Assembly (NCBI RefSeq): GCF_040219335.1
Contig: NZ_JAVJSQ010000018.1
Span: 24,518 to 88,517 of the forward strand
Direction of reading: 5' to 3'
Length of the DNA stretch: 64,000 bases
DNA from: Gimesia sp.
Lineage (GTDB): Bacteria > Planctomycetota > Planctomycetia > Planctomycetales > Planctomycetaceae
A program made the position numbers and the translations under genes. Positions 40,464-49,773 of this stretch are shown here, piece after piece; position 1 is the stretch's first letter, and each line of letters begins with the position of its first letter. The notes beneath the pieces were generated by a model, which did not search any database, had not been told where the DNA came from, and was given only the letters and a program-made list of their open reading frames with translations.

Positions 40464-41156
40464 ATGTTAAAGTTGGAATCTGTCAAAAAAGTATACCGCA
40501 AAAAACAGGACGAAGTGATTGCCCTGGACACGACCGATATCGAGATCGCACAAGGTGAGTTTGCTGCGATCATCGGCCCCAGCGGGAGTGGTAAGACAAC
40601 ACTGCTTTCCATGCTGGGGGCAATGTCAGCTCCTTCCGAGGGACGCATTCTGCTCGACGACGAGTCAATTTATGATTTGCCGATTGAACAGCGTGCCGAA
40701 GTCAGGCAGAACAAGATCGGGTTTGTCTTCCAGACATTCAACCTGGTCCCGTATCTGACGGCAATCGAAAATGTTCAGGTCCCGATGATGTTGTCGCAAA
40801 AGTTCAAAACTGAGCGGCAAGAGCGGGCGGAAGAATTGCTTGCTCAGGTGGGGCTGCAGGATCGCCTGCACCATAAGCCGAGTGAACTCAGTATCGGACA
40901 GCAGCAGCGTGTCGCGCTGGCACGCATGCTGGCCAATGATCCTACGATCATTCTCGCCGATGAACCGACAGGAAATCTAGATCCGGAGACTCGTGATCAG
41001 GTTCTCGCTTTCCTGCGTCAGTTTAATGAGGAAGGTCGCACGATCATCATGGTGACGCATGATTTATCCGCTGCGGAGTGTGCCCGCAGAACCCTACGTC
41101 TTTCTGAAGGTCGTATCCAGGCAGGTTCCGAACAGGATCTGTTGAAAACGGCTTAA
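40464..41156 (+). CDS. ABC transporter ATP-binding protein (MacB/LolD-like)
   Basis: Walker [10 protein letters not shown], signature [15 protein letters not shown], Walker [13 protein letters not shown]. Confidence 0.95.
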   Translation: MLKLESVKKVYRKKQDEVIALDTTDIEIAQGEFAAIIGPSGSGKTTLLSMLGAMSAPSEGRILLDDESIYDLPIEQRAEVRQNKIGFVFQTFNLVPYLTAIENVQVPMMLSQKFKTERQERAEELLAQVGLQDRLHHKPSELSIGQQQRVALARMLANDPTIILADEPTGNLDPETRDQVLAFLRQFNEEGRTIIMVTHDLSAAECARRTLRLSEGRIQAGSEQDLLKTA

Positions 41157-41295
41157 TGAAAGTTTGTTCCTTGGTCGCCAGGCTCGAGTCCTCTCCGTTC
41201 GCGAGAGGGCTCGAGCGCTGGATATGAAATATTATTAACTCTGACCGACGACAAAGCGGGACAGGGACGTACATATCAGGTTCAGGAGAACTGAG

Positions 41296-42972
41296 ATGCA
41301 TGGATTGCCGAAAATGTTAATGAAATTCAGTACCCTCGGATCGCATTCGGCCAGGATGTTTCAACTGATCCTGATTCCCGCTCTGCTTTTAACTTCCTGT
41401 GCCTCAGATCGCGGGCAGATGGCTGCAAACCAGCGAGGTTCCATTCAGCCAGAGAGGCCGTTGGCAGACAACGAGCAGAGTGAGTCTCAGGCCGCACAAG
41501 TCGCTATCTCAGCTTCTGAAGTCGACGCCAGAGAACCTGCAGAAACCATACCCGGCGAATCGCGGGAAAAGTTGACTTTGACATCCTATCACGAAGCTTT
41601 TGAGGGAAAAATTCCACCACCGCCTGTCCCACCGGCTGGAGGACCGGATGTCCCAGAAACAGATCCTGAGGAAAATGCTTTGACGCCAGCCAGCCGGACA
41701 ATGAGCCTGGGCGAACTGGAGCAGATCGCACTGTCGAATAATCCCACCCTGGCTCTGCAACGGGCAGAGGTCGAGAAAGAACGGGGGAACTGGACTCAGG
41801 TTGGTCTCTATCCCAACCCAACCGTGGGGTACGTCAACTCCACAACCAGCAGTAATGGTGATACGCAATCAAACGGTATCCTCGTGCAGCAGACATTTAT
41901 TACCGCTGGCAAACTGGACAAAGCCCGGGCAACTGAAACCTACGGTATCCAGACATCGGAACTCCAGCTGGATGCCCAGCAGATGCGTGTCATTAATGAT
42001 GTCAGACTGCGTTATTATGATGTGCTCGGAGCGCAGGAACAGTTAAAACTCGTGGAGGAGATTGCGCAGCTTTCAAAACAGACCCTCGATGCGGCTGAGA
42101 GGCTTAATAAGGCCGAGCAGGTTCCACGAACAGATTTATTACAGGCCAAAGCACAGTATGCTACAGTCAGGGCTGCACTCACTAACGCACATACCGACTT
42201 CGAAACAGCCTGGCAAAAACTCGCTGTGATTGTGGGCTGTCCGGAATTACCGCCCAGTAAGCTCATGAAACCGGAAGATGATTTGCCGGAATTTGATCTG
42301 GAGGCGGAATGGCAGCGTCTCTTGTCTGAAAGCCCCCAGTTACTCACGGCGGAAAGCCAGATCGGCGTTGCCCGCGGTCAACTGGCCAGTGCAGAGGCAG
42401 CCCCGGTTCCCGATCTAACTTTGCAATTTGTAACTGACTACAATTCAGTCGGAGACTATGCAACCTTTAATACCCTGATGGCACTGCCGCTCCCACTCTT
42501 CAATCGCAATCAGGGAGGCATCTATAATGCCGTTTCCGAAGTGAACCGCTCCGAGCGCGAGCTGGAACGGGTGCGACTGGTATTGCGCGATCAGTTGATC
42601 TCCTCTTACCGTGATTACATGCTGGCACGCAACCAGGCGGAACAGATGCGTGAGGAAGTGCTGCCCGATCTCAGGGAAGCACTGGAACTGATGATCAAAG
42701 GCTATGAGAGTGGCCAATTCAGTTTTCTGGCCGTGCTCAATGCACAGCAGAACAACTTCCAGTCGAATCTGGAGTACATTGATGCTTTGAACCGGGCACA
42801 TCGATTGTCGGTCGAAATTTCCGGTTTGCAGATGACCGGAGGCTTGAACCCGGCGACGATCGGAACGGCGATTCAGGAGGCTGGCGGCGGCGGAAGATTG
42901 CGAGCGGTCCAGCAGCAACTACAGAAACAAAGCAACGCGAATCTGAGTAACTTTGCTCCCGCAGCACTCTAG
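41296..42972 (+). CDS. TolC/CzcC-family outer-membrane efflux protein
   Basis: Lipobox LLTSC. Two OEP repeats (LSLGELEQIALSNNPTLAL..., RLRYYDVLGAQEQL...). Confidence 0.85.
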   Translation: MHGLPKMLMKFSTLGSHSARMFQLILIPALLLTSCASDRGQMAANQRGSIQPERPLADNEQSESQAAQVAISASEVDAREPAETIPGESREKLTLTSYHEAFEGKIPPPPVPPAGGPDVPETDPEENALTPASRTMSLGELEQIALSNNPTLALQRAEVEKERGNWTQVGLYPNPTVGYVNSTTSSNGDTQSNGILVQQTFITAGKLDKARATETYGIQTSELQLDAQQMRVINDVRLRYYDVLGAQEQLKLVEEIAQLSKQTLDAAERLNKAEQVPRTDLLQAKAQYATVRAALTNAHTDFETAWQKLAVIVGCPELPPSKLMKPEDDLPEFDLEAEWQRLLSESPQLLTAESQIGVARGQLASAEAAPVPDLTLQFVTDYNSVGDYATFNTLMALPLPLFNRNQGGIYNAVSEVNRSERELERVRLVLRDQLISSYRDYMLARNQAEQMREEVLPDLREALELMIKGYESGQFSFLAVLNAQQNNFQSNLEYIDALNRAHRLSVEISGLQMTGGLNPATIGTAIQEAGGGGRLRAVQQQLQKQSNANLSNFAPAAL

Positions 42973-43208
42973 GTCCACTCGAATTCTTTGAAGTCATCAT
43001 TGCAGTTCAGCAGCTCCTGAAATCTCCGGTGAGATTCAAGCACAGAATAAGTTCCGATCAGTCAACTGGAAACGCAAATCAGAGGAGTATTCATCGTGAG
43101 CGGTGAAACAGGGGGGATTCTTGTCTCAATGCGATTCGTCAGGGATGGCATTGATCTCCTGTTCAACCCGGTCTATACTTAGAATAAGTTAGGCAAACAG
43201 GGTTTAAT

Positions 43209-43673
43209 ATGTACATGCAGCACATGATCAATATCGTAATGACCGTCCTGGTGATCGTATGCCCCTATCTTCCATGTAGGGATACGTGTCTGGGATCGTG
43301 TGCCGCTGCGCAGTCTGAGTCGGCACCCGCTCAGAAGTCTGCAAGTGCAAACTGTTGCCATCACAGAGATTGTGAAGATCAGAAACAGCATTCTGGGAAT
43401 CAGGAACAGAGTCCAGTCCAACCCCAGTGCCCCCAGGATGGCAAACTGCCAAATTGTTTTTGTGGGGGGGCCGTAATCACGACGATGGTCGACTGTCCCA
43501 GTCTGATCGAAGCTGATTCTCTGGCTGAATTTCTCCTTGTCGACCTCAACGACGCCGCGCACATGTCAACCAGGTCCGTCTGTCTGAGGGACAATCCCCA
43601 TCGAGGCTGCCACTTCCCGCCGTACTCTTCCGGGCGGGAAATCTGTCATTTATCAGCCTCCTATCTGCTCTAA
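43209..43673 (+). CDS. Small membrane/secreted Cys/His-rich protein (hypothetical)
   Basis: Hydrophobic N-terminus with VCPYLPCRDTCLGSC, then CCHHRDCED....CPQDGKLPNCFCGG. Located directly upstream of the RND adaptor. Confidence 0.45.
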   Translation: MYMQHMINIVMTVLVIVCPYLPCRDTCLGSCAAAQSESAPAQKSASANCCHHRDCEDQKQHSGNQEQSPVQPQCPQDGKLPNCFCGGAVITTMVDCPSLIEADSLAEFLLVDLNDAAHMSTRSVCLRDNPHRGCHFPPYSSGREICHLSASYLL

Positions 43674-43817
43674 AGCGTCCGACACGAGCATCGTAGATTA
43701 TCCGTAATTCCGGATGAGTTTGCGGTCATTTCTTGACTTCCGTGTCTGTTTCCAACCGCTTAATTACCTTATTACTAGGCTCCTGCTTCTCAACTATTGA
43801 GCAAGAAAGGACATCTC

Positions 43818-45461
43818 ATGAGTCAATCTGTCATAGGTCGACCCTCCGTAAATCCAGATACGTCTGCGCCTGACTCTCCAGCTCCAACTGATCAACGTCC
43901 CCACGGACTGGTCTGGAAGCTTGGCCGCTGGTTCCTGGATGGGTTACCCACCATCATCGTCATGTCTGTATTAGTCGCCATCGGTTACTACGGGCATACC
44001 CACCATTGGAAAATCCCGACGTTTGCAGAATTCACGGGGCAGGCGAAGCCTGTAGTCAAGGACTGGTGTGAGGAGCACGGGGTTCCTGAATCCAAGTGTG
44101 TAATCTGTAACCCTGACTTGATGCCTGCCGGACCCGATTATGGCTGGTGCACTGAGCATGGTGTCAACAACTGCCCGTTGCACCATCCCGATGTTGCTGA
44201 ACTGAAGAAGACACCAGTGATTTCTGCGGCAACAATGCAACAGGCGGATCGTGCTCTCGCACTGCGAGAACGACCAGATAACAATGCCGCCTGTAAGGTG
44301 TATCAGAAACGAATCCAGTTTGCTTCCAATGAGGCGGTTCAGCAGGCTGGCGTCGATGTTGAACTGGTCGACCGGGAGCCGGTGACCGAGTGGGTATCAG
44401 GGACAGGCGAAATCCGCTACGACCCGACACGTCTGGCAAACCTGTCTGCACGTGTTCCCGGCACAGCCTGGCGCGTGCTCAAGAATGTGGGAGACCGGGT
44501 TCAGGAAGGAGATATTCTCGCGGTCGTTGATGCAGCAGAGGTGGGACGTCTCAAAAGCGATCTGGTGAAAGCGATTGTCGCCGAGAACCTGGCACGTAAA
44601 AACTTTGAACGACTGAATGGACTGCGCGGATCGGTCCCCGGGAAAGATATTCTGGCTGCAGAAGCCATTCTGGCTAAAGAGGAGGCTGAAGTTCTGAGTG
44701 TTGAACAGTCTCTGGCTAATCTGGGTCTGTCAGTGGATGTGGCTTCGATTGCAAATCTCAACAAGCAGGCCATGATCGATCGCTTACGTTTCCTGGGTTT
44801 TCCCGAAAAACTGGCAGAACAGTATCGATCCCAGACCGCTTCGGCCAACCTGATCCCGGTTCGCAGCTCGATGAACGGCGTGGTTACGGAGCGGAATGTG
44901 GTTTCCAGTGAGGTCGTCACTCCAGAGCGAACGCTGTTTGAAGTGGCAGACCCCAGCTGGATGTGGCTGATCCTTAATGTCCCCCTGGAAGAGGCCTCAT
45001 TGATCCAGGTCGGGCAACAGGTCCGGTTTCAACCCAATGGAAGCCGTAAGGAAATTACCGGAAACCTCAGCTGGATCAGCACAGCTGCTGATAAACAGAC
45101 GCGGATGGTAAAGGTCAGGGCGGAAATCGATAACGCTGACGGGCAGCTGCGTGATGAGACCTTTGGCGCGGGACGCATCATTCTCAGACAGGAAAAACAG
45201 GCGGTTGTGATTCCCCGGAGTGCTGTGCACTGGGAGGGCTGCTGTCAGGTGGTCTTTGTTCGTAATAAACACTACTTCGACAGCCCGGAGAGCCCTAAGG
45301 TCTTTCAGCTGCGAAATGTTCGAACTGGTTTTGTGAACGGTGATCGCGTGGAAATCATCGCCGGCTTACTTCCCGGAGAGGTGGTCGTGACCCAGGGGAG
45401 TGACGTTTTGCGGGCACAACTTCTCAAGAACAGCCTCGGAGAAGGCTGTTGCGCTGAATAG
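43818..45461 (+). CDS. RND efflux periplasmic adaptor (CzcB/HlyD family) with N-terminal Cys/His motif pair
   Basis: TM anchor, DWCEEHGVPESKCVICNPD and GWCTEHGVNNCPLHHPD, a lipoyl-like EGDILAVVD, and a beta-barrel C-terminus. Alternative TTG start at 43797. Confidence 0.85.
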   Translation: MSQSVIGRPSVNPDTSAPDSPAPTDQRPHGLVWKLGRWFLDGLPTIIVMSVLVAIGYYGHTHHWKIPTFAEFTGQAKPVVKDWCEEHGVPESKCVICNPDLMPAGPDYGWCTEHGVNNCPLHHPDVAELKKTPVISAATMQQADRALALRERPDNNAACKVYQKRIQFASNEAVQQAGVDVELVDREPVTEWVSGTGEIRYDPTRLANLSARVPGTAWRVLKNVGDRVQEGDILAVVDAAEVGRLKSDLVKAIVAENLARKNFERLNGLRGSVPGKDILAAEAILAKEEAEVLSVEQSLANLGLSVDVASIANLNKQAMIDRLRFLGFPEKLAEQYRSQTASANLIPVRSSMNGVVTERNVVSSEVVTPERTLFEVADPSWMWLILNVPLEEASLIQVGQQVRFQPNGSRKEITGNLSWISTAADKQTRMVKVRAEIDNADGQLRDETFGAGRIILRQEKQAVVIPRSAVHWEGCCQVVFVRNKHYFDSPESPKVFQLRNVRTGFVNGDRVEIIAGLLPGEVVVTQGSDVLRAQLLKNSLGEGCCAE

Positions 45462-45478
45462 AAGGGAATCGAATTCTT

Positions 45479-48400
45479 ATGCTCAACTGGCTGATTGATT
45501 TTTCACTGCGGCACCGTGCCCTGGTCATTTTGTGTACCGTGGTATTTGCAGGCGTCGGGGTGATTTCACTGAAACACCTCGACATTGATGCGTTTCCCGA
45601 CACGACGCCGGTATTGATTCAGATCAATACGGTAGCGCCGGCGCTTTCACCCGATGAGGTGGAGCGACAGATCACATTCCCGGTGGAACAGGCGATCAGC
45701 GGTCTTCCCGGGCTGCAGGACCTGCGCTCGATTTCCAAGTTCGGTCTGTCCCAGGTGGTCGTGATTTTTGAGGATGGTATCGATATTTACTTTGCGCGGC
45801 AGCTGATCAGTGAGCGGCTGAGCACGGTACAACTGCCGGAAGGTATTCAGCGACCACAGATGGGACCGGTCTCGACCGGCCTGGGAGAGGTCTTCCATTA
45901 TGTTTTGACTTATGAAGGAGTCGATTTTTCCCGGCTCCCGGACGAAGAGCGAGTCAAACGACTGACGGAACTGAGAACATTGCACGACTGGGTCGTCAAA
46001 CCGCAGTTGCGTTCGGTACCCGGCGTCGCTGAGGTCAACAGCTGGGGGGGCTACGAGAAGCAGTACCAGGTGCGCCTCGATCCAGACCAGATCATAAAAC
46101 ATGAACTGACTTTTGACCAGGTGGCACAGGCACTGCGTGATAATAACCAGAACGTAGGCGGGGGGACAATTTCCGATCGCAGCCAGATGCTGCTGGTCCA
46201 TGGGGTGGGGCGGACCGTCAATCTGGAACAGATCGATAATGTCGTCATCACGTCTCGCGATGGAGTGCCGATCCGCGTCAAAGATGTGGCGGAGGTACAG
46301 ATCGGGCATGAAATCCGTCGCGGTACAGTAACCGCCAATGGTCACGGAGAGGCGGTACTGGGACTGGGCTTCATGTTGATGGGGGAAAACAGCCACGAGG
46401 TGACTCACGCTCTGAAAACCCGCCTGCAGGAAATCCGGGAGACTCTGCCCGCGGGCGTGGAAATCCAGACGGTCTACGATCGTACCGAACTGGTGGACCA
46501 CGTGATTGAAACCGTGCAGAAGAACCTGTTCGAAGGCGGTCTGCTCGTGGTGGCGGTGCTGTTTATATTCCTGGGGAATCTGCGTGCCGGTCTGATAGTG
46601 GCCCTGGCGATTCCTCTTTCGATGCTGTTTGCCTTTTCGGGTATGTTGAAGTTCGGTATCGCAGCGAGCCTGCTCAGCCTGGGGGCGATTGACTTCGGTC
46701 TGGTGGTAGACAGTTCCGTGGTGATGATTGAAAACTGTGTTCGCTGCCTGTCACACGGCACCGACGGTCGCAGTCGACTGGAGATCATCCGCGATGCTGC
46801 CATCGAAGTCCGCAAACCGACCATGTTCGGCGAGCTGATTATCATGATCGTCTACCTGCCGATCCTGACGCTGGAAGGCGTCGAGGGCAAACTGTTTCGC
46901 CCCATGGCATTGACAGTCATTATGGCCCTTGCTGGTTCTATGGTGCTCTCACTGACACTGATGCCTGTGCTAGCCAGCCTGTTCCTCCCGAAAAATCTCA
47001 AGGACAAAGAACCGCTGCTGATCCGCGTGCTGAAATGGCTGTATGCACCGGTGCTGCGGTTCACCATGCACCACAAAGCAGCAGTGATCGGTTTTGCATT
47101 CACAATCCTGTTTGTGGCCTTTGGCTTGATTGCCCCCAACCTGGGAACGGAATTTGTGCCGCGTCTCTCGGAAGGGGCCGTCGTGATCAATGTGGTACGC
47201 CTGGCAGGCACCGATCTGGAAGAAACAATCCGCTACAACACCCGGATGGAGAAAGTGCTGCTGGAGAAGTTCCCGGACGAGATCGTGCATGTCTGGAGCC
47301 GCGTCGGAATGGCGGAAGTCGCTACAGACCCCATGGGGACAGAATTGACCGACCTGTTCGTCACGCTGCGTCCCCGAAGTGGGTGGACGCGTGCCGACAC
47401 GCAGGAAGAACTGACGATTCTGATTCAGGAAGAACTCCGCGATCTGCCTGGCCCGCGTCTGGCGATGACTCAGCCCATCGAGATGCGGATGAACGAAATG
47501 ATCTCCGGGGTCCGTTCAGACGTGGCTGCGATTCTCTACGGGGACGACCTGGACCTGATGGTCTCCAAAGCCTCTGAAATTGAGCAGGTGCTCAAATCAA
47601 TTAAAGGGGCTGCCGACGTGAAAGTGGAGCAGGTCACCGGTCAGCCGGTGCTGGAAATCAACATCGACCAGGATGAAATCGCCCGTTACGGCATTCCGGC
47701 ACGGACCGTGCTCGACCTGGTGGAATCATTGGGCAGCAAGCATGTGGGAGAGGTCTATGAAGGACAACTTCGATTTCCGTTGATTATCCGTCTTCCCGAG
47801 CAGGCACGGACGGACCCGGAGGCAATCGGCTCGATTCTTGTCGCCACTCCTCAAGGAGAGCAGATTCCCCTGTCGCGACTTGCTGACATTGAGATCGTGG
47901 AAGGCCCGAATACCATCAAGCGGGAATGGTATCAGAGGCGAATCACGATCGAGGCGAATGTCCGCGGTCGCGACATGGGGAGCTTTGTCGCGGAAGCACA
48001 GCGGAAAGTCGATGAGCAGATTACCCTGCCAGCCGGACGTTACCACATCGAATGGGGTGGACAGTTCGAGAACCTGCAGCGTGCCCAGGCCCGCCTGATG
48101 ATTGTGGTGCCGGTCGCGATGCTGCTGATTTTCGGCCTGCTGTACATGACTTACAATAACCTGATCGATTCGATTCGCGTCTTTACCGGCGTCCCCTTCG
48201 CCTGGATCGGGGGGATCTTTGCGCTCTGGATCAGAGACATGCCGTTTTCGATTTCCGCGGCCGTGGGTTTCATTGCCCTCTCCGGTGTCGCGGTACTGGA
48301 TGACATGCTTCTGGTCTCAACCATCCGTCGACTGCGTCGCAGGGGCAGTTCGCTCAATGAAGCTGTCGAGGAGGCAGCCATGACCCGTCTGCGTCCGATC

Positions 48401-48673
48401 CTGATGACCACGCTGGTGGCCAGCCTCGGCTTCTTTCCCATGGCTTTCAATACCGGCATGGGAGCGGAAGTGCAACGGCCCCTGGCCACAGTTGTGATAG
48501 GTGGCGTCTGCAGTGCCACGATTATGAGTCTGCTCGTCTTACGTGTGCTGTACGTGGTCTTCAATCTGCCCGGCAGTCGCAACGAGGATGAGGGAGACGA
48601 TGACAATACTACAGAACCAACGCAACCGAATAATCCGGATTCCAGGCATGTGCCGGAAACGGCTTCGGTTTAA
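45479..48673 (+). CDS. Heavy-metal RND efflux pump, CzcA/CusA family
   Basis: 1064 aa with 12-TM RND topology and a family-typical N-terminus MLNWLIDFSLRHRALVI.. Confidence 0.95.
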   Translation: MLNWLIDFSLRHRALVILCTVVFAGVGVISLKHLDIDAFPDTTPVLIQINTVAPALSPDEVERQITFPVEQAISGLPGLQDLRSISKFGLSQVVVIFEDGIDIYFARQLISERLSTVQLPEGIQRPQMGPVSTGLGEVFHYVLTYEGVDFSRLPDEERVKRLTELRTLHDWVVKPQLRSVPGVAEVNSWGGYEKQYQVRLDPDQIIKHELTFDQVAQALRDNNQNVGGGTISDRSQMLLVHGVGRTVNLEQIDNVVITSRDGVPIRVKDVAEVQIGHEIRRGTVTANGHGEAVLGLGFMLMGENSHEVTHALKTRLQEIRETLPAGVEIQTVYDRTELVDHVIETVQKNLFEGGLLVVAVLFIFLGNLRAGLIVALAIPLSMLFAFSGMLKFGIAASLLSLGAIDFGLVVDSSVVMIENCVRCLSHGTDGRSRLEIIRDAAIEVRKPTMFGELIIMIVYLPILTLEGVEGKLFRPMALTVIMALAGSMVLSLTLMPVLASLFLPKNLKDKEPLLIRVLKWLYAPVLRFTMHHKAAVIGFAFTILFVAFGLIAPNLGTEFVPRLSEGAVVINVVRLAGTDLEETIRYNTRMEKVLLEKFPDEIVHVWSRVGMAEVATDPMGTELTDLFVTLRPRSGWTRADTQEELTILIQEELRDLPGPRLAMTQPIEMRMNEMISGVRSDVAAILYGDDLDLMVSKASEIEQVLKSIKGAADVKVEQVTGQPVLEINIDQDEIARYGIPARTVLDLVESLGSKHVGEVYEGQLRFPLIIRLPEQARTDPEAIGSILVATPQGEQIPLSRLADIEIVEGPNTIKREWYQRRITIEANVRGRDMGSFVAEAQRKVDEQITLPAGRYHIEWGGQFENLQRAQARLMIVVPVAMLLIFGLLYMTYNNLIDSIRVFTGVPFAWIGGIFALWIRDMPFSISAAVGFIALSGVAVLDDMLLVSTIRRLRRRGSSLNEAVEEAAMTRLRPILMTTLVASLGFFPMAFNTGMGAEVQRPLATVVIGGVCSATIMSLLVLRVLYVVFNLPGSRNEDEGDDDNTTEPTQPNNPDSRHVPETASV

Positions 48674-48707
48674 TTTTACTGGTCAATGTACCATCAAAGG
48701 AGAAAAA

Positions 48708-49115
48708 ATGACTGACGTATCATGGACTCGGTGCCTGGCAATCCCAGCGATTGTGTGTGGACTTCTGGTGATCACGGGGTGTGCGAAAAGTGGAGAGGAA
48801 GCCGCTCCCGTGGCCAAGGCCGAAGAAGAACATCATGAGCATGGCGAAGAAGGGCACGATCATGGACACGAACACGGAGAAGAGGGGCATAATCTGCACG
48901 GATTCTGGTGTGCTGAGCATGGCGTTCCCGAGGAAATCTGTGCCCAGTGTAATACCAAACTCGCCGCGGATTACCAGAAGAAAGGGGACTGGTGCGAGGA
49001 GCATAAACGCCCCGATTCGCAGTGCTTCATCCATCATCCCGAACTGGAAGAAAAATTCATTGCCCAGTACGAGGCCAAGTTCGGTGAAAAACCGCCCGCA
49101 CGTAAGGATAAATAA
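48708..49115 (+). CDS. His-rich lipoprotein with two WCxEH...C motifs (putative periplasmic metal-binding protein)
   Basis: Lipobox VITGC, EEEHHEHGEEGHDHGHEHGEEGHNLHG, FWCAEHGVPEEICAQCN, DWCEEHKRPDSQCFIHHPE. Start trimmed to ATG at 48708. Confidence 0.75.
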   Translation: MTDVSWTRCLAIPAIVCGLLVITGCAKSGEEAAPVAKAEEEHHEHGEEGHDHGHEHGEEGHNLHGFWCAEHGVPEEICAQCNTKLAADYQKKGDWCEEHKRPDSQCFIHHPELEEKFIAQYEAKFGEKPPARKDK

Positions 49116-49163
49116 GATCCGCGAGCAGAGAAAAGCGGAATCACAGTCGATTAGCAGCCAGGT

Positions 49164-49187
49164 AACCCGCCCGAATTCAAGCGGGTT
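49164..49187 (+). terminator. Hairpin after the His-rich lipoprotein gene
   Basis: aacccgc / gcgggtt stem followed by gcctgttctgtttt. Confidence 0.45.
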
Positions 49188-49617
49188 GCCTGTTCTGTTT
49201 TACGCTGTCGCACTGCTGATCTGTTCCTTGATGACTGGCTGCCAGAATGCCGCTTCAGATCCGTCTTACTCCAGTTTGCCTGAGGTTACTGATTCGAATT
49301 TTCAACAGTCGGTCCTGGAGGAGGATCAGCCAGTGCTGGTGGAATTCTGGGCTCCCTGGTGCCGCCCCTGTATCGAGATGATCCCCCTCCTGGAAGAGGT
49401 GTCAGAACAATTTGCGGGACGCGTGAAGATTCTCAGAATGCGCATCGACGAGAACCCGGCTACTGCTGCCAAATATGAAATCGACGCGCCCCCCGCGTTC
49501 CTTCTCTTTAACGAGGGGAAGGTCTTCAATCGCCGACTCGGGAAACAAACACAAGCACAACTGACGAGACTCATAGAGAAAGTCTGCGCAGAAACTGCCT
49601 CGACTACTGAAAAATGA
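49186..49617 (+). CDS. Thioredoxin (possibly lipoprotein-anchored)
   Basis: VLVEFWAPWCRPC active site. The TTG at 49186 would give a lipoprotein-like leader PVLFYAVALLICSLMTGC. An alternative ATG at 49231 would give a cytoplasmic form. Confidence 0.8.
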   Translation: MPVLFYAVALLICSLMTGCQNAASDPSYSSLPEVTDSNFQQSVLEEDQPVLVEFWAPWCRPCIEMIPLLEEVSEQFAGRVKILRMRIDENPATAAKYEIDAPPAFLLFNEGKVFNRRLGKQTQAQLTRLIEKVCAETASTTEK

Positions 49618-49773
49618 TTCACCTGGCAGCAATTCCCGGATCACAACAGCTGAGGAACAATAAAAATGTCGAAAACGACTTTGTTTTAGACACGGGTCAC
49701 CGCAGTGGTTACGGTCAAAAATAATCTATGCCTGGAATGGTTTCAGGTTGCTCCAGATGGGAAATCTCGGTTT

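Noticed and set aside
45647-46501. 284-aa antisense ORF inside the RND pump gene. Similar long shadow ORFs include 39917-40648 (-), 50254-50856 (-), 12088-12588 (-), 31444-32007 (+), 47035-47577 (+) and 35202-35726 (+).
   Set aside because: These lie entirely within strongly supported genes on the other strand or in another frame. They have Arg/Ser/Pro-rich low-information translations and no recognisable motifs.
48543-49617. Long N-terminal extensions of ORFs 48543-49115 and 48781-49617. The same applies to 54529-55671, 10400-10843 and 217-978.
   Set aside because: The extensions overlap the preceding genes and translate to non-protein-like sequence. I trimmed each to an internal start that gives a proper signal peptide or domain start.
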